A stretch of 64,000 nucleotides of DNA from a virus (Duplodnaviria > Heunggongvirae > Uroviricota > Caudoviricetes), in IMG/VR virus record IMGVR_UViG_3300037313_000650. One strand, written 5' to 3'. This document shows, in pieces, positions 38,841-48,112 of this stretch (positions are counted from its first letter, which is position 1; every line of letters begins with the position of its first letter). Under the pieces are notes generated by a model, which made no database searches, was not told the origin of the DNA, and saw nothing but the letters and a program-made list of their open reading frames with translations. Made by a program: the position numbers and the translations under genes.

Positions 38841-38854
38841 TGCTACCTCTTTTT
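38822..38854. terminator. bidirectional terminator between convergent gene blocks
   Basis: A-run, AAAGAGGTGGC-TTAAT-GCTACCTCTTT, T-run. Confidence 0.85.
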
Positions 38855-38872
38855 CTTTTACTCATTCAGCTA

Positions 38873-39169
38873 CTATGGAGTAGTAGTTGTAGTGGTTGTA
38901 CTAGTTGTTGTAGTAGTACTTTCATTGATACTATAGATATCAGTCCAAGTATCAGTAGCACTATCATAGTACTCCAATCTACCTAATGCTTTGTTGTACT
39001 TTACAGGTACGCTATCAGCCATTGCATCACAACAAGGGTCTGCAAATGGTACATTAAGACTGTTCAAGATTTCTCCAAGCATTTTTTGGAAATTATAATG
39101 ACCGGGAAGGTCTTTTCTGGTTTTCTTGAAGAAACCAATTGGTACTAAATAACGTAATTTAAGTGCCAT
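38873..39169 (-). CDS. small protein with C-terminal poly-Thr tract
   Basis: DPCCD motif; ends STTTTTSTTTTTTTP. Confidence 0.75.
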   Translation of the reverse strand: MALKLRYLVPIGFFKKTRKDLPGHYNFQKMLGEILNSLNVPFADPCCDAMADSVPVKYNKALGRLEYYDSATDTWTDIYSINESTTTTTSTTTTTTTP

Positions 39170-39213
39170 AATATAAAAATCTAGTTTATAGATAACTAGT
39201 AACTTTTACTTAT

Positions 39214-39345
39214 TTACTTTCCCTGTCCTCTATATTTACTTTGAGGAGCAGCTTTTTTCTTTTTAGACTTTCTTGCTTTACCTTTTTTCCTCTTTCCGAA
39301 GGTCACTTTGTAGGATGAAGCAGTAGATGATTTAGATTTTGCCAT
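39214..39345 (-). CDS. 43 aa highly basic peptide ending YRGQGK (below track cutoff)
   Basis: MAKSKSSTASSYKVTFGKRKKGKARKSKKKKAAPQSKYRGQGK*; TAATG-coupled to the GT6 gene. Confidence 0.8.
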   Translation of the reverse strand: MAKSKSSTASSYKVTFGKRKKGKARKSKKKKAAPQSKYRGQGK

Positions 39346-40097
39346 TATATAAAGTGGATTTGTCCGTTTTGTATATCAAATAATTTATATCTATTTTCCA
39401 GAATAGATAATTTTAAATCTGTTATATCCAGAGAAGTTTGTCTTGTTTCTCCTAATCCACCCTTATCACTAACCAAGAATACAAAGTCTTCACATGGAAT
39501 AACTTTAGATGGTGGATGGAAATGAAATTCTCTGTTTATGTACGATTCATCATTTACAGAGGGTTCATAATTAATCTTTTTATCCATATCCTGATAATAA
39601 ACCATAGTTTTACAGAATTCCATTAGTTTATTATAACTGCCCCCGAAGAAAGCACCATAATAATAAGTTTGTGGAAGTCTTGTATTTTCAGGAACGAAAG
39701 CTTTTGATCTTGGATTTCTATCATATGCCTTCTTATCTTTCATCCAACCTCTGTTACCATAATGTTCGCCACCTACCATATCTGCTACAAACCATTCTTC
39801 TGTAAAGTCTTTATCTACATTAGTATCTGCATCAAAGTAGAATAAATAATCATCCATTTCCAGTATAGATAATATATTCCTGAATTTGGAATTAGTTCCA
39901 TCTACCCAATTATCATGCTTTGTAGGGTAAAAAGTTACTGGAAAATGTTGTGGTAGATAATCTTCAGGGTCTGTATCTGAAAAAAAGTGGAACTGTATAT
40001 CAGCTTTACCTTTATAATGATGCATGAATTTTCTCATGAATCTTATACCTAAAACAAAATAACTGTTAGTAGCTATAATAACTATTCCAATTCTCAT
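39345..40097 (-). CDS. GT6-family (ABO-like) glycosyltransferase
   Basis: IVIIAT, FYFDAD (DxD), YYYGAFFGG and DESYIN motifs. Confidence 0.8.
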   Translation of the reverse strand: MRIGIVIIATNSYFVLGIRFMRKFMHHYKGKADIQFHFFSDTDPEDYLPQHFPVTFYPTKHDNWVDGTNSKFRNILSILEMDDYLFYFDADTNVDKDFTEEWFVADMVGGEHYGNRGWMKDKKAYDRNPRSKAFVPENTRLPQTYYYGAFFGGSYNKLMEFCKTMVYYQDMDKKINYEPSVNDESYINREFHFHPPSKVIPCEDFVFLVSDKGGLGETRQTSLDITDLKLSILENRYKLFDIQNGQIHFI

Positions 40098-40639
40098 GCT
40101 TCATTGTTTGATACAAAACCTATAGGATTTAATTTAACAACTCTTACATTAGCTGGTTGTTGATTATAAATAGGTCTTCTTGCTTGAAATAATCTAGATT
40201 TAGCAATTCTTGTAATATTTACACAATCAGATTGATTCCCACCTAAACAGTGATAGTAATTATCATCTTCACCTATATATAGAGTTACGTGACCACCTAT
40301 TAACTTTCCATTAGCATCAAATCTTTTAAAAGTTAATATATCTCCTAACATTGGAGTGGTAGCTTTTACACCAAAGTTTGCCCAATTTAAAGCCCATAAT
40401 GGATCTTTTACTACTTCTTTTCCTGCTCTTTTAGCTACTACAGCCATGAACAATCCACACCAACTAGTTTCATCATGTTTATATACACTACTTACACCTA
40501 CATCTTTAGCCCAAGATAGAATTTGTGGATTATCACCAGCACCCCTATATTCTTCTATTCCATATAATCTTAAGGCTTCAACTAACATTTTAGGTCCACC
40601 TTCCTGAAATAACCATTTATATTGTGTAGGGAATATCAT
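40094..40639 (-). CDS. TIGR02594-type NlpC/P60-like peptidoglycan hydrolase (endolysin)
   Basis: DETSWCGLF (Cys), GHV (His) and LGGNQSD motifs. Confidence 0.85.
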   Translation of the reverse strand: MIFPTQYKWLFQEGGPKMLVEALRLYGIEEYRGAGDNPQILSWAKDVGVSSVYKHDETSWCGLFMAVVAKRAGKEVVKDPLWALNWANFGVKATTPMLGDILTFKRFDANGKLIGGHVTLYIGEDDNYYHCLGGNQSDCVNITRIAKSRLFQARRPIYNQQPANVRVVKLNPIGFVSNNEA

Positions 40640-40641
40640 AT

Positions 40642-40926
40642 TTATTCAGTATTATCATCTTTTATTTGATTAGGGGATACATTCTGTTCAGGAGAACTCA
40701 CTTGAACATTTACATTTCCACCAAACCTGTCAATAGCTTGAGCTACCTTCTTTTCAATAGTCTTGGGTGCAAGCAAAAGGATAGCACCCATAGTAAGTCC
40801 ACCAACTCCTTCCCATATGAAATCAATACTTCCTTTCCAGAGAAGGGCTAGTGTAATAATCATAGTTGCCACACCAATTAATGATGTGACAACTCCTTTT
40901 ATGATATTTTGTTTTAGTTTCTTCAT
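40642..40926 (-). CDS. putative holin
   Basis: Two hydrophobic helices in 94 aa, immediately upstream of the endolysin. Confidence 0.6.
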   Translation of the reverse strand: MKKLKQNIIKGVVTSLIGVATMIITLALLWKGSIDFIWEGVGGLTMGAILLLAPKTIEKKVAQAIDRFGGNVNVQVSSPEQNVSPNQIKDDNTE

Positions 40927-41627
40927 TTTACAACTTTGTATGTTATAAAGCTTGCAGCTATTCCTACTAAAAGCGGTTTAAATATTCTATTCCAGCTATT
41001 AGTTGTATGCTTTAGAGTAATAGCTTGTATACCATTTGTAGTGTATAAGGGATTTGTATGTATAGCTTGAATTACTGTTTCTCTTGGTTTGAAGAACGAT
41101 GTTTTCTTTTCAGCAAGTCTGAAAGAAGCAGTATCAGGAAGAGAAATTGAATTAATGCGTATTCCTTTAAGTAAAACAGTACCTGAAATATTAACACTAT
41201 CTGTATTATAATTAAAATCTTTTGGTGGTACTACTACTGAATCTCTTCTTACAAGTCCTGTATCTACTACAGGTGTATCAGAACTATCATAAGGAATAAA
41301 TACAGTATCTAACTTTGCAGTTTGAATAATTCTTATAAGTGCATTTACTTGTTTAATTTGCTGTTCATCCTTTTTCTTCAGGTTGAATACTTCTTCTGAT
41401 AACTTTTTGATAGCATCCTTATTATATACTTCAGCTACTTCCTTTTCAGCTACAGTTTGATTGAACTTATTCTTAATGCTATCAATCTGAGTATCTTTGT
41501 ATTTAACCAGTTCTTTTAAATCGTTATTTTCATTCTTAAGTCTATTTACTGTACAAGTTTCAAGACTAGATAATAAAACAATTATAGCTACTATCAGTAC
41601 TAAGGGGTTATTCTTTATAAAATTCAT
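40923..41627 (-). CDS. putative spanin
   Basis: N-terminal TM/signal ending in Cys, coiled coil and C-terminal hydrophobic helix; lysis cassette context. Confidence 0.5.
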   Translation of the reverse strand: MNFIKNNPLVLIVAIIVLLSSLETCTVNRLKNENNDLKELVKYKDTQIDSIKNKFNQTVAEKEVAEVYNKDAIKKLSEEVFNLKKKDEQQIKQVNALIRIIQTAKLDTVFIPYDSSDTPVVDTGLVRRDSVVVPPKDFNYNTDSVNISGTVLLKGIRINSISLPDTASFRLAEKKTSFFKPRETVIQAIHTNPLYTTNGIQAITLKHTTNSWNRIFKPLLVGIAASFITYKVVK

Positions 41628-41706
41628 AATTTAATTTTTAATATAAAAATACTAAAAATTATATAAAGTATAGATAATATAAGAAAAATAAACTCTTTTT
41701 AACAGC

Positions 41707-42246
41707 TTATTTTATATTTTGTTTGATTGTTGATATAGCTACATCTAGTGTAGAATTTTCAGCTTGAGTAGGGTTCCATTCAGTAGAAGTAGAACAACTA
41801 CAGAAATAAACTGCCTTTTTGTCTTGTCCTAAATAATAGATTTTTGATTCTACTACTCCGTCATTTTCGTATAAACCTTTAAGCATAGAATCTTTTAAAT
41901 CACTAGTTTTACATTGCAATACTTTATCTTGTATAAGGTTTAACAACATCTTAACATATTCCTTATCTACTTCTAACTTCTGATATTTCCATTTTACAGC
42001 ATAAAATGGTTCAGTAAATTCTTCGTACAGGGTACTTACATATAATTCACCTGTAGGTTTTATAATTCCACCACCATTATGAGCTTTAAATATAAGAAAC
42101 CTCTCTACTGAGGTCTCTCTTAATACCATATTCATAGTATCGTATATACTAACTACTTTCTGGATTTGTTTCTCTGGAGAAACTCTTAGTTTAAGTAGGG
42201 TGTTAAAGAACTTAAGTAGTTCAGTTAGGGTAGCAGTCCAAGACAT
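41707..42246 (-). CDS. lysis-cassette protein, possibly T4-holin-like GAF-fold domain
   Basis: RFLIFKAHNGG motif; position upstream of the spanin. Confidence 0.35.
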   Translation of the reverse strand: MSWTATLTELLKFFNTLLKLRVSPEKQIQKVVSIYDTMNMVLRETSVERFLIFKAHNGGGIIKPTGELYVSTLYEEFTEPFYAVKWKYQKLEVDKEYVKMLLNLIQDKVLQCKTSDLKDSMLKGLYENDGVVESKIYYLGQDKKAVYFCSCSTSTEWNPTQAENSTLDVAISTIKQNIK

Positions 42247-42320
42247 TTACATAGTTTTAGTTTATACTTTATAATATAACCTTTTTTAATGTATTATACA
42301 AATTAATATTGTATATTAAA

Positions 42321-43190
42321 CTATAAAGATTTGTCTACTCTTACCAATTCCCAACAGGTTCCTTGATAGCTATTACCTTGTATCATAATAATACTTTTAT
42401 TATCTGCTGAAGCAAAACTAGTTGGAGCATGGGTTGGTTCATGACCATAAGTAAGTTGGGTCCACGTTACTCCATTTTCGGAAATATAACTACCATACTG
42501 ATTCTGACTTCCGGTAGTACCTTTAGTGTACATCATTACATTGTCACAGGCTGAAAGGTTGCACCACAGGTAATTGAACATGGCATTGTCTGCTGCAACC
42601 GTCCATGTCAACCCGCCGTCCGTAGACTTATACAGCTTCGTGCTGCTCATGTTGCCGCCACATAGATAGATTGCACCTTTAAAATAACAGGCTGTAGCCA
42701 TACTTACGCCAGATATAGCAGCCGGTAACGACCCTCTTGATTCCCATGTAATCAAATCAGCACTTCTAATGGTAACTGATAAACCTCCTCCAATAGTATA
42801 GAAATAACCATCACCATAGCAAAAAGCAAAGATGGAAGCTCCACCAAAGCCAGTCATAGCAGAAGAGATCTGCTGCCATCCACCTGCGTTGGTATATTTC
42901 CAAGAATCGTTAAATACGCTACCTGCCTTACCTCCCCACATATAAATCGTGTCGCCAACCGAAGCGTATCCACATTCATTTCTTGCAGCCCACGGAGCAT
43001 TGGTAAGGGCGGTAAAGCTCTTACCTCCATCTGTAGACTTAAAATGTGAATTGAATACAGAACTGTTATCTGTTCCTGCAAAGACATGAATGTCTGTACC
43101 GATCACTCCTCCAGAGCATGAATCCTTACCACCTCCCTGAGTACCTCCAGTGAATAGGTTTTTTCCTTTTCGTCTAAGTTTGTAAATCAT
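42321..43190 (-). CDS. Kelch/Asp-box beta-propeller protein, putative virion appendage
   Basis: Asp-box-like STDGGKSF, SADLITW, STDGGLTW, SENGVTW; Kelch-like IYMWGG, FYTIGG, IYLCGG. Confidence 0.75.
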   Translation of the reverse strand: MIYKLRRKGKNLFTGGTQGGGKDSCSGGVIGTDIHVFAGTDNSSVFNSHFKSTDGGKSFTALTNAPWAARNECGYASVGDTIYMWGGKAGSVFNDSWKYTNAGGWQQISSAMTGFGGASIFAFCYGDGYFYTIGGGLSVTIRSADLITWESRGSLPAAISGVSMATACYFKGAIYLCGGNMSSTKLYKSTDGGLTWTVAADNAMFNYLWCNLSACDNVMMYTKGTTGSQNQYGSYISENGVTWTQLTYGHEPTHAPTSFASADNKSIIMIQGNSYQGTCWELVRVDKSL

Positions 43191-43195
43191 AATGG

Positions 43196-43960
43196 TTATA
43201 CGTTGCGACCAAGTGCGGTCATTAATGTATTCATTCTGTTTTTAAAGGCTGTACGTTTAGTTGCATCCCATACAGTATTAAGTACAAAAAAACTACTAGC
43301 TACATATGTTCCTGATGCTGATACATATAAATTACAAGAAGGAACATTATTAATGGCTACAGTTTCAGAAGTTAGTTCTGTATCTCCTTGATAACTTTTT
43401 ACGGTAGTACCATTTACCCTAACACCGTATAATAAACCGCTTACTGGTGCATGGGTAACACCATTACTTTGCCCAAAGATATTTACCCATACTTTTCCTA
43501 TATCACCAAATCCAATAGTATAAATATATCCTGCGACATCACTACCAAAAAAATACTGGTGGTTGGTATCCTGTACATATGCTCCTGCCCCGGATGTTAA
43601 TGCTCCACTCATCAGAGAAGGATCAATACTAGTTAAAATACCACTACCACCCTGCATTTGAATACCCTTAGCGTGGTTAAGTGGGATTACCGAACCCCAA
43701 GTTAAACGAAAAGATGAAGGATCATCTGCGGGGTCTATTAAATTGAACCTTTTGTTATCAATAGAATTACCTACTAAAGGCCAGAATGCAATAAAATCAT
43801 TATATATACCATCAGCAACTAATCCATCTGTAAAATCCATTAAAGCGGTTTCTTCGGATATAGTAGCCTCCGATATAGTAGAATAATTCTTAGTAATTTG
43901 TTGTTCAGCAGTCAGTTTCTTACGACTACTAGATATAATACCTGTTCTTAATAATATCAT
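43196..43960 (-). CDS. putative virion beta-sandwich/lectin-like protein
   Basis: AFWPLVG...FNLIDP motif of Bacteroidota phage tail-region proteins. Confidence 0.5.
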   Translation of the reverse strand: MILLRTGIISSSRKKLTAEQQITKNYSTISEATISEETALMDFTDGLVADGIYNDFIAFWPLVGNSIDNKRFNLIDPADDPSSFRLTWGSVIPLNHAKGIQMQGGSGILTSIDPSLMSGALTSGAGAYVQDTNHQYFFGSDVAGYIYTIGFGDIGKVWVNIFGQSNGVTHAPVSGLLYGVRVNGTTVKSYQGDTELTSETVAINNVPSCNLYVSASGTYVASSFFVLNTVWDATKRTAFKNRMNTLMTALGRNV

Positions 43961-43962
43961 AG

Positions 43963-44388
43963 TTAAGCTGTTATATCACCAAATAAATACCATTCATTAG
44001 TGCCAATCTTTATAAGTGTAGCTCCTGAATATTGTGTTGAGAGCTTTAGTGCTCCCCCAGAACTACGAATTGTTACACCTGAACCAGCTACAACTGTAGT
44101 TTGACCAGTACCATATTGAGCAATAGTGATAGATGTTCCTATAGAAAAAGCAACAGTTGAGTTAGAAGGCACAGTAAGATTATTTGCTGTAGCTACATTC
44201 ATCTCAACTAATTTTGATGCATCATCTAGTACAAGGATATAACTAGCTGTTTGTCTATTGGTAGTTATTAATTTATCTACCTTTGAACTTACAGAAGATG
44301 ATATGATAGAGGAAACATACTTTCTAATATCATTATCTTTAAAAAATTCCTTTACAGATGAGGATAAAAAATCACGTAATATTTTCAT
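43963..44388 (-). CDS. tail-fibre-associated small beta domain protein
   Basis: AFSIGTSITIAQYGTGQTTVVAGSGVTI...QYSGATLIKIGTNEWYLFGD, a common fibre-tip module. Confidence 0.7.
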   Translation of the reverse strand: MKILRDFLSSSVKEFFKDNDIRKYVSSIISSSVSSKVDKLITTNRQTASYILVLDDASKLVEMNVATANNLTVPSNSTVAFSIGTSITIAQYGTGQTTVVAGSGVTIRSSGGALKLSTQYSGATLIKIGTNEWYLFGDITA

Positions 44389-45347
44389 ATTTTAACTTCT
44401 TTTATTGCATTTACATAAGCTAATGAAGCTGAATTTATACTAGCAGAAATATCTTGCCCTATCGGAGACCTATTTATCCAAGCACCTTTGTAGAATACTC
44501 CGGGTGTTGTATTAGAAGCACCAGCATTATGATAGATTGGCTTTTTATTATATGTTTCCATACTATCTGTAGCCCAACTAAAGTCCAATTCAGGAGTAAT
44601 TCCTGTTTGTATTCCTCTTTTCCAGAGGGAGAAATTCACTGCCCACATATCAGCACACCAGCTTTGAAAACCGAGAGCTTCTGTTTTGAAATATCTGTTG
44701 TTTATAGAACCAGTTATATTATGGAAGAATGACCTTCTTATATCTATGCACATTCCTTCTACATCTTCCCAAAAGTTATAATCTATATTTTTTAAGAGAT
44801 ACTGAGCACCACCAGTTTTAGCATCATAGGATTTTATTGTATCTACAGTAATCCCACCTATTCTTGCAAGTTCTTTTACAGCTTCATTGTTTTCTATATT
44901 TCCTTGAAGTTCCTTTCTATGTAAGTAAGAATAATCTAAATAACCAGTGGTGTTTGATTCCCAAACTATATCATCCTGTATTAGTTTTTCAAAATCTGGT
45001 AGTTCTCTAAAGATTATATCAGCATCGTGATAGAAAAATACTTTATCCTTTAACTCTTCCTGATACTTCTTAAAGTGTTTCTTAAATGAATGTGGTCTTA
45101 ATTGCGGGATATATAATCCTAGATTAACTCCTGAATCTTCATAGAAGTATATATTTACTTCAGAGTATTTCCTTTTAAGAGCCATCCATCTTGGCAAATG
45201 AGTACTTCCTTTATGATACCAAACAATTATTTGCATCCTATCAGAAATACCAAATTTTCTAAAGTTTACTATTTGGACCTCAGTTTGCCACACAAAATAA
45301 GGTTCATGTGATACAGCTTGAAGAAAAACTAAATTTTCAGGAATCAT
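44385..45347 (-). CDS. GT-A glycosyltransferase resembling HPAT/SERGT (GT95/GT96) protein O-glycosyltransferases
   Basis: FYHDADIIF (DxD), GGAQY and WCADMWA motifs, compared from memory with DPDxxF / W-x-x-EMY. Confidence 0.6.
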   Translation of the reverse strand: MIPENLVFLQAVSHEPYFVWQTEVQIVNFRKFGISDRMQIIVWYHKGSTHLPRWMALKRKYSEVNIYFYEDSGVNLGLYIPQLRPHSFKKHFKKYQEELKDKVFFYHDADIIFRELPDFEKLIQDDIVWESNTTGYLDYSYLHRKELQGNIENNEAVKELARIGGITVDTIKSYDAKTGGAQYLLKNIDYNFWEDVEGMCIDIRRSFFHNITGSINNRYFKTEALGFQSWCADMWAVNFSLWKRGIQTGITPELDFSWATDSMETYNKKPIYHNAGASNTTPGVFYKGAWINRSPIGQDISASINSASLAYVNAIKEVKI

Positions 45348-45356
45348 ATTGGTTTA

Positions 45357-46373
45357 TTATACATTATGTACAGTAGTATAAGTGTATTGATTTCCAGTAG
45401 ATGACATACTGAAATTAGCTATATATCCTGCATTATTCACCTTAACATATAAATCTTTTATCTTCCAAGAACAATGATTACATACCCATCTTCCCCAACC
45501 GTTTGTAGGGTCAAAACCATCTTGCCCTACTGGAATTGGAGCAGTATAGTTTAGTGTATTTGCAGGGATAACTACTTTGAATGGTGTTTGGCTACCCATT
45601 GCATTAGGATTATCATAATACGGATGACGATAATAACCTTGTCCTGTAGGTTCAGAATAAAGATTGTATCCCATATATGGATATCTTAAATCAGGATTAA
45701 TTGGAGGTCCACCATAATCTAATATTTGACCTATTAATAATGTGATTGGGAAACTGAATGTTCTACTTAAACTTACAGTAAATACAGTATCTCCTTGATG
45801 ACTACAGTTATCATCTGTACAATTTATTCTTATCTGTCCAGTTATAGGAATTAAAGGAGCTATAGTAGTAGTGGTTGTAGTACTTGTAGTACAAGGAGTA
45901 GCGGAAGTTAGGGTGAATCCCGGTGGAATATTTATAATTCCACTACCTTGAAATGTTTTTGTCTCTCCAGCAACTACGGTAAGTGTAACAAGATTATATG
46001 CAGCATCTATATATAACACATCTTCAGGTTGTGTAGTGTTATTAGTTGTACTCCATGAGCAACAAGCAAGGCCACAAGAAAGGTCTAATTCTGGAGGAGT
46101 TCTAAAATTTACATAAAATGTATCTCCACCACAAGCAGGAACTACTTTTACTATATAATCTGTACCATCACTTAAAGAAGGTATTATTAATGGAGTAGGT
46201 GTATCAGAACCATCAATTAAAACTCCATCAGGTCTTACAAGTTGACTACTTGTTACTAAAGTATAACTTCCAGATACATCGGCAGATGTAGCTAACCTAT
46301 AATAAATAGCTACAGTCTGATTACCAGCAGGAATAGATGAAAAGGTTATATTTGTTATTGTTATAGAAGCCAT
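45357..46373 (-). CDS. putative virion protein with FN3/Ig-like N-terminus and poly-Thr linker
   Basis: N-terminus similar to 46376..47629; CTTSTTTTTT tract; several Cys. Confidence 0.6.
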   Translation of the reverse strand: MASITITNITFSSIPAGNQTVAIYYRLATSADVSGSYTLVTSSQLVRPDGVLIDGSDTPTPLIIPSLSDGTDYIVKVVPACGGDTFYVNFRTPPELDLSCGLACCSWSTTNNTTQPEDVLYIDAAYNLVTLTVVAGETKTFQGSGIINIPPGFTLTSATPCTTSTTTTTTIAPLIPITGQIRINCTDDNCSHQGDTVFTVSLSRTFSFPITLLIGQILDYGGPPINPDLRYPYMGYNLYSEPTGQGYYRHPYYDNPNAMGSQTPFKVVIPANTLNYTAPIPVGQDGFDPTNGWGRWVCNHCSWKIKDLYVKVNNAGYIANFSMSSTGNQYTYTTVHNV

Positions 46374-46375
46374 AA

Positions 46376-47629
46376 TTACGGTGAAGTTGTAGTTGTTGTA
46401 GTGCTTGTGGTTGTTGGTGCTAATTCACCACAATTCAATGTTAATACTCTCTTACATGTATAACTACCTGCACCACCAGATGTATCTAAGAACCAACCAG
46501 AGCTACAAGTTGCAATATCTAGTGAAGTACCTACTAAATCTGCTGTATCAAATAAGATATTCAGTTGTGAATCATCTGTAGCAGCAGATAATTCTGCGGA
46601 TGTATTATCGTAAATTGCAGCAGCAAAAGCATCATTTGTTGAACCATCACCTACAGCAGAGAAGTTTAAGTAGTTAGTTCCTGCTAGTAAATTTACAGGA
46701 AATAAGTGCCAGTAACGGAAGTTTTCAGTTGGTGGATTGGTATTTCCACCAGCAGGACTAGTACTTGTAACACTAACTATGGTCGTTGAACCAACTTCAT
46801 TGTTTAGTACAACTTTAAATGTGTTATCTCCCCCTATTCCTATATATACTGTTTTAGGTTCAGATATAATGATTGGAATTGTAATTTCAATATGTGAGCC
46901 AGCAGTAAGAGGGTCTTTTACCCCATCACAATCTGTATCTACCCAAATACCTCTTCTGTTGAACGGACCTGTAAGAGTACCAGAAGTATTCAACCATTCA
47001 GGAACAGTGCTTAAAAGTGTATATGCACCAACCAATTGTGTAGTATAACCTGCATTATACAATTTAGTACCGTATATTGCATAATTATTTGAAAGAACAG
47101 AAGGAGCAAAACAATATCCAGAATGGATAGTTGTCAAACATCCAGAACAAGTTTCTTCTTTTACGCAACCTGAACCATCAGGTTTAGCAGTGTAGCCAGT
47201 ATCACAAGCACAAGTAGTAGTGGTAGTAGTGGAACTGGTTGTTGTAGTTGTAGTCGTAGTGGGTGCTGTCCCTTGTACAGTACCATTAACTCCAATAATA
47301 ACAGCACAATCTGGAGGCAAGGAAGGAATTGTAGTAGTTGTTGTAGTACTAGTAGTTGTAGTAGTTGTAGTTGTTATATTTATATCTTCAGGGTAGAAAG
47401 CTACTCCACATGAGGGGGCAGCTTCTATGGTAATACCTTCTGTACATTCAGCACTACTATAATCTACAGTTACTGGAGTTATTAAAGTTCCATCAGGATT
47501 TACCTGAACATTATCAGAAATCAAGTTCCAATCTCCTGTACTGTTTTTGCATCTCCAGTATAGAACGAATGTTCCACCTATTGCAGGACTATGAACAATC
47601 TTTGATATGGTGATTCTTCTATCTAGCAT
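46376..47629 (-). CDS. putative virion protein with three poly-Thr tracts, an EGF-like Cys motif and a jelly-roll-like domain
   Basis: Three T/S runs; CACDTGYTAKPDGSGC; IGIGGDNTFKVVLN. Confidence 0.6.
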   Translation of the reverse strand: MLDRRITISKIVHSPAIGGTFVLYWRCKNSTGDWNLISDNVQVNPDGTLITPVTVDYSSAECTEGITIEAAPSCGVAFYPEDINITTTTTTTTSTTTTTTIPSLPPDCAVIIGVNGTVQGTAPTTTTTTTTSSTTTTTTCACDTGYTAKPDGSGCVKEETCSGCLTTIHSGYCFAPSVLSNNYAIYGTKLYNAGYTTQLVGAYTLLSTVPEWLNTSGTLTGPFNRRGIWVDTDCDGVKDPLTAGSHIEITIPIIISEPKTVYIGIGGDNTFKVVLNNEVGSTTIVSVTSTSPAGGNTNPPTENFRYWHLFPVNLLAGTNYLNFSAVGDGSTNDAFAAAIYDNTSAELSAATDDSQLNILFDTADLVGTSLDIATCSSGWFLDTSGGAGSYTCKRVLTLNCGELAPTTTSTTTTTTSP

Positions 47630-47635
47630 TTTATT

Positions 47636-48112
47636 TTAAATTACTTCCCCTGTCATTTCTATATCAGTAACAACTGGACAAGGAGGAGCAGTTGTTGTAG
47701 TAGTTGTACTTGTGGTAGTTGTTGTAGTTGTAGTTGTAGTAGGAGGGCAGCAAGTACAATGATTGTCTATAATAAATTGTACTTTATCTTTAAAAGATAA
47801 ACTTGTCCAATCTTCAGGTAAACAAGTAAGACTTACATCTGCAAGTAAATTATCTAATGTAATAGATATATCTACTGTAGATTTAGTTGAAACACCATTT
47901 TCATCAATATAAGTAATGATTAATTTACCGTCTTTGTATTCAAAACCAGAAATAAAAGTGACAGTTTGACACTTCTTTATATCTATACAAATATCATCTA
48001 ATGGGCAATTTATTATTGCATCAATAGCATCAACTATACCCTTTCTCCATTCATACGGAATAGAGCATAATAATTTGTCCAGTTCCTCTTTTGAATTACA
48101 AAATATACTCAT
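47636..48112 (-). CDS. Cys-rich protein with poly-Thr tract (paralogue of 48112..48525)
   Basis: 10 Cys; CTCCPPTTTTTTTTTTSTTTTTT. Confidence 0.7.
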   Translation of the reverse strand: MSIFCNSKEELDKLLCSIPYEWRKGIVDAIDAIINCPLDDICIDIKKCQTVTFISGFEYKDGKLIITYIDENGVSTKSTVDISITLDNLLADVSLTCLPEDWTSLSFKDKVQFIIDNHCTCCPPTTTTTTTTTTSTTTTTTAPPCPVVTDIEMTGEVI

